Shown: piece by piece, positions 37,401 through 47,338 of the stretch
How the letters are laid out: every line of letters begins with the position of its first letter
Numbering within the stretch: position 1 is the first letter of the stretch
Assembly (NCBI GenBank): GCA_036630325.1
Contig: CP142734.1
Coordinates: forward strand, 744,001-808,000
DNA length: 64,000 bases
Direction of reading: 5' to 3'
Source: Vairimorpha necatrix
Taxonomy: Eukaryota
Translations under genes and position numbers: made by a program
Notes under the pieces: model-generated
The model's input: the letters and a program-made list of their open reading frames with translations, nothing else
Told to the model about the DNA's origin: nothing
Databases searched by the model: none

Positions 37401-39532
37401 AAGGGACACATCAATTTTCGTATAGTGAGATACCCTATCACTATACATATAAAAAAGGGGAATGGATAAGGAGAAAGAATAAGTATAGTAAGATAATTAC
37501 TAGATTATATTCTGTATCACCAACAGAAAAGGAAAGATTTAGCCTCAGAGTCCTATTGATCAATGTAAAGGGGGCTAAATCATATGAGGATTTGAGAACT
37601 GTAAATGGTGTAGTTTACAGTTCTTTTGCAGAAGCAGTGGAAGAGAGAGGACTTCTTCAAGATGATAAAGAATGGGAAAGGGCTTTGGATGAGGCAGTGG
37701 CAACCGAGTCCCCATCAATAATAAGAGCATTGTTTGGATATATTTGTGCTTTTAATAAGCCAAAAAATACCAAAGAGCTCTTTGAGAAGTATCTTGAAGA
37801 TATGTCCGAAGATCTAGATCAGAATAGTAGAGACGAAATATTAAGTAGATTAAAAGATATTGTCAATGCTCATGGATGGAGTCTAAATGCTCTGGGTTTA
37901 GATGAGCCGATTAACTATATCGTGAAGGCAAAAACTATCTCTGATAATGGAAAAGATCTAGATCAGATGATCTCCTCTCTAAATGCAAAACAGAGGGATG
38001 CTTTTGATAAAATAACAGATAATATTGATAAAAAGGGCAATTTATTCTTTTTAGATGGACCAGCTGGATCGGGGAAGACGTATTTATACAATGTCCTGAT
38101 TGAGTATCTAAGTAAGAATGGGAAATCTTCAATTCAAATGGCAACCACAGGTATTGCTGCAATCTGCTAAAGGATGGAAGAACAATGCATAGCTGTATGA
38201 AACTTCCTGTTCCTTTGACAGAGACCAGCGTATCTAGATTAAAAAGAAATACTCCTGAAGCAGAGAAAATAATAAAGGCCTCTTTATTGCTAATAGATGA
38301 AGTTTCAATGATGTCAAAACATGCATTGAACGCAATAGATGAGGTGCTTAAAAGACTCTGTAATAATAATGATATCTTTGGAGGGAAGACTTTATTATTG
38401 GGTGGTGACTTTAGACAGACAACAACCATTGTAATGAAGGGTACTCCAAATGATATCATCGAGAACTCATTAATTAGTTCAAGACTTTGGGTACATGTCT
38501 GTGTACTAAAGCTTGAAACGAATATGAGATCTTATAATCAATTGGAGTTTAATAAGTGGTTGTTAGATATAGGTGAGGGGCGTACTAGAGATAGTAAAGG
38601 ATGTGTGGAGATACCCAAAGAATATCTTGAAGAAGGGGACATAGTCGATAGCATTTTTGGAACAATCAAAATTGAAGCAGGTGATGATTCTTTGTTTGAT
38701 AAGATTATCTTAACGAGCAAAAATGAACATGCAAATGAATTGAATGCCAAAGTGTTAAACCTACTTAATGGATCTTCGAGGGTATATGTGAGTTCTGATG
38801 CTATAGAATCAGAGGATATCGAAGAACAACTGAGATTTCCTCTTGAGTTCTTGAACATGCAACAGCCATCAGGACTACCTCCACATAAGTTAGTATTGAA
38901 GATAGGGGCAATAGTGATGTTGTTACGCAATATTGATCCTAAGAATGGATTATTAAATGGGACCAGATTGAAGATAAAAGGTCTTAAAGATAATTACATC
39001 TTAGGTGAAATAATAACAGGAAGGGGAAGGGGCACCCTTGCTGTTATACCAAAAATAGACATGATGCCAAGTGACACTCTTCTTCCGTTTGTACTTAAAA
39101 GAAGACAGTTTCCTGTGGTATTGTCATATGCGATGACAATACATAAAGCACAGGGACAGTCTTTTGATAAAGTAGGAGTATACTTGCCCGAGGATGTATT
39201 TTCTCATGGTCAATTATACGTAGCTTTATCTAGAGTGAAGAAGAGTGAAAACTTGAGAGTCAAGTTGGGGGGAAACAGGGGCAATGTCAAAAATGTAGTT
39301 CTACATGAACTAATTGGCTCATAAGAGCAATAGATGGAGAAATGCGCCGTGAGCGTACAAGAACTATGCCATTTTTTTTTCAACAAAAACAAGATAAAAG
39401 ATGGTAAAATGCGCCGTGAGCGTACAGAAACTATGCCATTTTTTTACAGAATAAACATAATGTGATAAAATTAAAACATGTACCCATGCAAACACAAACA
39501 ACCCGTTCTCAGAACGGGTGTGCATACGCTAG
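34420..39532 (+). mobile_element. Autonomous-type Helitron
   Basis: A|TC start, RepHel ORF, 3' hairpin acccgttctcagaacgggt and CTAG at 39529-39532. Confidence 0.95.
35033..39324 (+). CDS. Helitron RepHel (HUH Rep plus PIF1 helicase), single -1 frameshift near 38162
   Basis: PDLFITMTCNP, EFQKRGLPHAH, KYIFKYIYK, GPAGSGKT, IDEVSM, GGDFRQ, QFPV..YAMTIHKAQGQS and HGQLYVALSR. Confidence 0.93.
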
Positions 39533-40049
39533 TCATATATATAAAAGAATTTTATTTAATTTTTTACCCCTCTTTTTTTGATTTTGTAAAATCTATACTT
39601 CTTATTACAGCTTATTATGTTATTAAAATATCAAATTTAAACTCAATGCTTAAATTTGATAATTATTAGTGCGTATACTATATATTAATGCATTTTTATT
39701 CTATTTATTATTTTTAGAAAACTCAGTTCCAAAATATCGTCAGAATCGTTTTTTAGAATTTATTTAACCCTTCTAGAAAAAATTCACAATAATACTAATC
39801 AAAGAAAAAGTTGAATATAAGTAAAAAAATTGAGCTTAGAAGTATTCAAAATTATCTAATTATGATTTTTAAGTGTTTTACAACAACATTACTCCTTATA
39901 TGTCACTAAAAAGTATTTTTAAAAATCATGTCTAAACTCTGTCAAATTTAATCAGCCAAAAATGGAAACTTTACAAAATTTACCGAGACAAGACATATTA
40001 TAAAACAAACACATTTATCCCGTTTTCAAAACGGGAAGGCATACGCTAG
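39533..40049 (+). mobile_element. Non-autonomous Helitron fused directly to the 3' end of the RepHel element
   Basis: CTAG|TC junction; same ~515-bp family as the copies at 9029 and 23520. Confidence 0.92.
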
Positions 40050-40126
40050 TAAGTTATAAAAAACAAAATTTCATAAAAATTTGACTATATTTTTTGACGT
40101 CAAAACTAAAAAAAAGCATAAAAAAT

Positions 40127-40416
40127 GGCTAAAGTATGCATTAGCTACAAAAAATCGATATAGGGGGGGGGGTGTTTGCCCAATTTTTATTAAAAATGGA
40201 GGAGCAAAAATATAAACTAGAAAAAAATTTTAATAAACCTTCAAACACTGGAGTTCGTGGAGTTTCTTTGGATAATATATTTAAATATAAAAGGTTTGGC
40301 GCTATTCGATGATCTGTTTCTATTTGGTATAGAATGTTTTAGGGATCTCCAATTACCTTCTATGGTATTGGTATGTACTCCTGTATCAGGATCTCTAAAA
40401 TGTAATGTATGATTAA
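40127..40416 (-). mobile_element. Merlin 3' fragment truncated at the piggyBac TTAA
   Basis: TIR-like ggctaaagt; VNHTLHFRDPDTGVHTNTIEGNW. Confidence 0.8.
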
Positions 40417-40849
40417 CCCTTTTTTGCATGGTGATGGAAATTTCCATCATAATATTTAGTCAACAAAAAAAGGTACTCAACCCCCTTGTACTGTAAATTT
40501 GTTGTTTCTGGCAACATTTTAGGCGACTATTGCGTACAACAAAACGCATTTGTCAAAAAAAAACAAACGTCACTGTCAATTACCAGGCCTAGAACTTGTC
40601 ATTCCGCTGTTTGTTGTGACTGGAAAAAAAGGTCGAGATTTTAGTTTGTTTTATGGAAATAAACGGATATATAAAATACAGTAAAAGCGGAAATAAGGTT
40701 TGTTTTCATGTTTTTGTTGTTTTATGTACAATTTATATCAAAACACTGTAATTAATTTCTCAAAACTATGTGATGGAAATTTACATCTCTTTTTGCAGGA
40801 ATTTCACTTGTAATGTATGGCAAAGACTTTTTTGTAAATGTTTATTTTA

Positions 40850-43800
40850 TGTTAACCATTTATTTATTAAGGGTTCTAAACCCTACATCCCCCCTCCAGA
40901 CGGGTAGTCTCTCCATCTTCTAAACAACTCTTCCTTATCTCTTTCAAATCATAATGCCTCTTTTTAACAATTTTACCATCCAGTAGTCTCACAATATATG
41001 AATCATTTTCACTTATAGCTACGATCCTTCCGCGACCCGTGAATCTTCCCTTGTCTGTTTTCGCACGTGTACTTAAATTTTCTCTCCTAGCGATTCTTAC
41101 CTCTTGGCCTACTGTAAATGTCTCTCTGTGTCTTCTCTTGAACCGACCAGCATATTTTCCATTTTCATCATTTTCAATTATAACTTCAGCAGTTTGATCT
41201 CTCCACGCTTCCATCGGCGTACATTTTATTGCTGTATGTAGTGTATTATTATATCCTTTGATTGCTCTTTCTATCTTTTCAGAAATATTCCCATCATTTT
41301 GCTTTATCAATGTCTCTCTTATAGTTCTGATGCATCTCTCGATTCTACCATTACTCCTATGAGCTTCTAAGCCCACTTTCCTTTGTTTAATATCATTAAT
41401 ACTACACCATTCTTTAAATCTATTACTTACAAACTCTTTTCCGTTGTCTGTCACATATTCCTCTGGAAATCCATCTTCCCTTATCCACTTTTGTAATACC
41501 TCTATAACTTCACTACTCTCTTTACATCTCAAATTCGAACCCCACAACCTTCTAGTAAAGTAATCAATACCCAGTAACACATACCTATTCTCTCCACCTA
41601 TGTCCATTAAATCCAACGCCACTTTCTCCAATTTCTTTCTAGTTACTACGAAATCACATCCTCCTGTGTTTTTCCTATTGTTAATCCCACATATTTCACA
41701 ATTCTTAATTACCTTATTAATATGATCTTTCATACCAGGCCAATACCATCTTTGTTTAATGTTATAATAAGTGCCTTTGACACCTCTATGGTTTAACTCC
41801 TCATGTACTCTTGTTATTTCATGTTCTCTACTATCTAGGCTCAATATCTCTTTCACCTCACCTGTGGAAAATTCCCAATACTGTTTACCGTCCTTTTCTT
41901 TAATATGTTTCTGCTTTTTTCCCAAAATTTGTTTTTCGATCACTTCTTTTCTCTTGTTGTCCTTTTCTTTTTGTTCATCCGAAACTTCTACCTGATCATA
42001 CTGCCTGCTTAACGCATCTGCATCTGTCATCAACTCCCCTTTCACATACTCTATTGTAAAGTCAAACTCTTGTATCTGTTCTACCCATCTGTTTATTCTG
42101 TTATTATTGAAGTATGGCTTATTTCTGATCTCTGCTAATGCTTTATGATCCGTCATCAAATGAAATTTCCTTCCTCTCAAATCACTTTCAAACTTCTTTA
42201 TTCCAAAAAACACCGCCAACATCTCCTTCTCACTTATCGTATATCTTCGCTCGGTAGGAGTCAACATTTTCGATGCCCATTGTATCGGAATCCACTCACC
42301 CTCTTTATTTTCTTGTAATAGAATTGCTCCGATTCCCGTATCACACGCATCAGTTCTTACTCTAAATAGCTTTTTTCCGTCCGGAATCTTCAACTTTTTC
42401 ATATCTCTCAAGCCTTGCTTCATATCCTCAAAAGCTCTTTCCATATCCTCCGTCCAATTCCACTTAACATCTTTCTTTAAAGCCTCAGTAAGCCTTACTG
42501 TTCTATACGCATAGTTGGAAATAAGTCTCTAAACCAACCAGTTAGTCCTAAAAATCTTCTTAACTCTCTAACATTCTCAGGTTTTCTATATTCCAATGTC
42601 TCCTGCTTTTTAATCTCATTCGGTCCCATGACCTCCCCATTAATTGTTACTCCCAGCAACATCACCTCATCTTTTTTGTATTGTATCTTTGTTTGGTTTA
42701 TTCTCAACCCACACTCTTTAAACTTTTTAATTACCCTCTCTAGTAACTCGTCATGCACTCTTACGTCTTTACCATGAATAACTATATCATCCATATATAC
42801 TTCCACGCCTTTACCTCTGAATTCATCTAAAACTCTGTTCATTACTCTCTGCATTATATGAGGCGAATTCTTAAACCCCATAACCATACTATTCCATTCG
42901 TATACTCGACCATTCACTTCAAATGCTGTTTTGTGCTTATGGTGCTCCTCAATCTCAATATGATAAAACCCTTCTTTTAAGTCGATAACCGTAAATACTT
43001 TTGACCCCTGTGTGGCTCTCATAATATCCTTAATTAACGGTAGTGAGTACGGGTCCTTGTCAACCAAATCGTTTAACGCCATCAAATTGCTTACCAATCT
43101 TACGTCCCCATTTGGTTTTTCAAGTGCTCTTATTGGACTCCTCCACTCACTTTTGGAACGTCTTATAACCCCTCTATTTTCCAACTTATTCAAGTACTCC
43201 TCAAATTTCACCCTAAGGTAGTATGGCACATTCTGCCCTCTTTTCACAACCTTTTCACCTTGCTTAGTATTTATTGGACACTTCTCTCCTGTGAGATATT
43301 TTATCTTTTCTTCTGATTCTTTAAAAACTTCCGGATACTTTTCAATTAAATTTTCTAACTTATTTACTGTTTTACATCTTTTCCCTTCATTGTTGATAAT
43401 TGGTTCTTTCTGTAAAACTTGTTCCTTTTTAATTTTATATTTTTCCCTACCAGCTACACTTTCATGACATTCTCTAGCGTAATGCCCTTCTTTCTTACAT
43501 ATAAAACATTTTGTAGTTTCTCTGATTTCTCTTCTTTTCCTATACATCCTAAGATTTTCTTTTCTTTCTTCCCTAAACTCTTTCAACACTTTATCCATAA
43601 TCTCTTTAATCATTTCTTGTCTTTCTTCTGACTCTCTCTCAAATTCTGCTCCTTTTTGTAAGCCTTTATAAATTTCCTCCCAACTGCTCCTTCCGTCACA
43701 AAAATTTTCAAAAATATAATCCTGCAAGTTCGCAGATGCCAAATCCATAACATCTTTCCACTCAACTTTCAATATTAACTTTAGTCTCTTATCTATCCTA

Positions 43801-43914
43801 ATTGCCTCTTTCTCTAATGTTCTAGCCTCTTGACTACGGGACTCTCTTGTTTCCCTGTTCATCCTTGTGTTCGCCATGTTAACCATTTATTTATTAAGGG
43901 TTCTAAACCCTACA
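40850..43914 (-). mobile_element. Young mini-LTR Ty3/gypsy element, 3065 bp
   Basis: Identical 38-bp LTRs 40850..40887 and 43877..43914 (TG...CA); 5-bp TSD tttta; PBS TGGCGAACAC; PPT GGAGGGGGGA. Confidence 0.95.
40876..43886 (-). CDS. Short Gag(CCHC)-RT and RNase H-integrase polyprotein, one -1 break near 42520
   Basis: CFICKKEGHYAREC, YMDD, RTDACD, HEELNH..CEIC, ALDLMD, TDNGKEF and SNGRIER; no D(T/S)G protease motif. Confidence 0.9.
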
Positions 43915-43932
43915 TTTTATGTTGTTTTTTAG

Positions 43933-45790
43933 GGAAACTTGAATGAAAGAGATATTGAAGATTATCTTAATAAGTTACAAGGCGGTTGGCTCTCAGAAGA
44001 TGACCTCGATGACCAAGATTCCGATGATGAAAACCGCGATACTGTTGAAGTTATAAGAGTGTTGCAGGAGGAGAACGACGATGATGATGATGGGGATGAT
44101 GTGGATGAAACTTGTGACATTGATCCTCCTCTTGTAGAAACAGAAGATCAAGAACCTTCTCACCCATCAACTTCATCCAATTTGCAGTCTTCATCCAGTT
44201 TTCTATTTGACAAAAGAAGCTTGATTTAAAAAAAAGGAATCTGGTGTATGACGAAGATAAAATTACTTTCTTAGGGAGTTCTACTGCTTCAGGCGGTCTA
44301 TCACACCTAGAAACTCCATATCAATGTTTTAACTATTTTATCACTGAAGATTTTATCAAAACATTAGTAGCGGAGACAAATTTATACATAATACAGAGTA
44401 ATCCCAGTTCATCTATAACAGTTACAGAATGTGATTTGTATAAGTTCTTAGGTATATTATTGTACATGTCAGTAATCAAATTTCCTAGCACAAGATCATA
44501 CTGGGCGCCAAAGTTTGGATATGAGCCGATTTCTTCAACAATGCCACTGAACAAGTTTGAGAAAATAAATTTATCGTTACATTTTAATAACAACGATCTT
44601 CACAAACCTATAGGTCATCCAGAACATGACAGGCTTTATAAAATCCGCCCTGTTATCAAGCATTTCAATGAGAGGTTTGCCACAGTGCCAATGGATCAAA
44701 GACTTTCTGTGGATGAACAGATGTGTTCTACGAAAATAGGGCATTTTTTAAAACAATATCTGCCTAATAAGCGACATAAATAAGGCTTCAAATTATATGT
44801 TCTCTGTGATTTGAAGGGATATGCCCACAAGTTTGAGGTATATTCTGGACAAGAGAATACAGAAAAGCTCACAGATGAACCAGATCTTGGTGCAACAGGA
44901 AATTTTGTAGTTCGTTTACTTCGAGGAGTGCCAAGAAAGCAAAACCATATCATATACTTTGATACTTTTTATACATCTTTGCCATTGGTAGTTTTTTAGC
45001 TAAATCAGGCATTTACACAGTGGGAACTGTGCAACAAAACAGGATCCCAAATAATAAACTTCCCGAGAAGAAAAACTTAATGAAAAAATCTGTGCCCAGA
45101 GGTGGTTTTGAGGAAAGAGTGTCTGTGCATGATGGTATAGCTTTGAGTTGTGTGGCCTGGAAAGATAATAAAATAGTAACTTTGCTATCTTCTTATGCTG
45201 GGGCATTGCCTGTAACTAAAGTCAATAGATATGACAGGTCAATAAAAGGAAAAATTGATATTACTTGCCCGTTTATTGTCCAAGAGTACAATAAACATAT
45301 GGGAGGAGTAGATCTTATGGATAGCTTTTTGGGCAGAAATCATATAACAATAAGGTCTAAAAGGTGGTACTTACGTATATTTTATCATTTATTTGATCTA
45401 GCTATTATAAACTCTTGGATTATATATAAAAAAAATGCTCAAGAAAGAGGTGAACCCAAAAAGAGTCTACTTACAATGGGCCAATTCAGAAATGAATTGG
45501 CTTTTGTGCTATGCAACAGAGGACCCACCAAAGACGCTAAAAGAGGTCGTCCCAGTACCATTTTACTAGAAGAGAAATTACTAACAAAAAAAAGAAAAGG
45601 TTCTCCAGCACCACCACCTCCAAAAGACATAAGAAAAGATGATGCTGAACATTGGCCAACAGTAGGGGGGTCACTCCGGTGCAAATTTCCCAACTGTAAA
45701 GGCTATTCCACAATTTCGTGTAGTAAATGTGGCGTCAATTTGTGCCTAAATAAAAATAATAATTGTTTTTTAAATTATCATAAAGAATAA
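43933..45790 (+). pseudogene. piggyBac transposase, disrupted
   Basis: LSVDEQM, YFDTFYTS, GGVDLMD and a C-terminal Cys-rich domain; stop at 44781 and frame breaks near 44230 and 45000. Confidence 0.92.
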
Positions 45791-46196
45791 AGAAGATTGA
45801 GTAAACAATATTTTTTTATTTATTTAGTACTGAGCTAAATATGTGACAATGCATGATAATGTAAATTTCCATCATATTGTTTTTTACATATTACATATTT
45901 TTATTTACATAAGGATTTTTTTTAATATTTTTCCTTTAATCTAGAGCATTAATTACATAGGTCTGATTTATTTTAAAAAAAATAGCAAAAATCATGCAAA
46001 GAAGGGTTAAGTATTTATTTTTTTCCCTTGAACTTTTAGTTTTGGGGTGATTTTTTTAAAAATTCCTTTTAAGGGATTTTTGGCCACCAGACTGCCCTTT
46101 AACCGTTGCCCCCCCCCCCCCAAAAAAAAAAAAAAATATAACTGAAGCAACAAAACAGAGAAAAGCAAAAATTTATAATTTTTATTTTCTTAAAAA

Positions 46197-47300
46197 ATGC
46201 CCCCCCCCCAAATTACAACCGGAAAATTTTATAATTTTAGACATCCTTTGTTTTCCAGCCTTGCCTCGTGTAAAGACTACATGATAGAGACTGATATCAT
46301 TGATTTGACTAGGCCATGTAGTTCTTGTGATCATGTCGTAGCAAAGCACGTAATATTTTTGGGAAAAGGAAAGGAAAGATTAGTTCATAGGTCTTCGAGA
46401 CGAGAATGCAGGGCAAAGAACAGCTTTTTACATGGCCTTAAGTTATCATTTGAAGTTTATCTTTTTGTTGTAATCTTAGTCCTTTGTAACAACAATTATA
46501 GTTAATTATAAATTTAACGGGTGTATCAAATGACACTATTTTAAAAGTAAAGCTAAAATTGAGGGAATATATTAGAAAGAAATTGGATACCTTTGCAAAA
46601 TCAAAGGATCGGGAGTTCAAGTATATATTGATTAAACTTATCTGTGTAGAAGAGGAACTATTAGATTTTTATTTAAAGCTGATGATGGAACAAAAGATAC
46701 TGTATGGATTTGGGGGTTGATAGAAGATGTAAATAAAAAAAATTGTATAGTACAAGTTCCTAGATCGAAAGATAAATACTTTTGTCGTACCTCGTGCGGA
46801 AGTACAACTCCAATAAAGATAAGTTAAACCTATAATGTTTATTTCTTATATCTTCCATACCCCTAAGTATGGAATTTTCTTTTATAATTTTTTATTGTTT
46901 GTTTACAGGGTAAACAAATCAAAAAATGTCAAAAATGACATGTTTGACATGTGGGATACCACAACTTTAACAAGGATAGGAGGAAATAGAGTTTTACCAG
47001 GATCAGTTCTTATTTCTGATGGCCATTATAGTTATCCCAGGGCAGCAGCAAATCTAAAACTTGAACACATAATTTTAAACATTCAATAAAATTAACAAAT
47101 GAAGAAGGATTCCATACTAATAATATTGAAAATTTTTGGTCTGGTATGAAATCAGAGATGACTAAACAGCACGAAGTAAAACGTGTGAATATCGAATCTT
47201 GGCTCGGGGAATTTACTTTTAGAAAAAAAATTTGAAATTATGTAAAGAAGTATGATATACCAAATATCATAAAATATATTTCTAAAATCTTTATCTTAAT
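46197..47300 (+). mobile_element. Decayed Merlin/ISXO2-like transposase
   Basis: SDGHYSYP and HTNNIENFWS motifs; element ends not resolved. Confidence 0.72.
46783..46963. repeat. Solo LTR (181 bp)
   Basis: tgtcgtacc...ggataccaca flanked by 5-bp TSD acttt, interrupting the Merlin reading frame. Confidence 0.75.
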
Positions 47301-47338
47301 ATCCGCCCAGTTTCCCTCCAACATTTATTTAAGTATTA

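Larger units (their letters stand above)
40417..46006 (+). mobile_element. piggyBac transposon containing the mini-LTR element
   Basis: TTAA flanks (40413-40416 and 46007-46010); 14-bp TIR cccttYtttgcatg; internal inverted repeat tgatggaaattt.cat. Confidence 0.93.

Noticed and set aside
38150-38190. Separate Rep and helicase genes or a programmed frameshift in the Helitron
   Set aside because: The break falls inside a helicase motif (ATTGIAA-x-LL) and one added base restores it; mutation or sequencing error is simpler.
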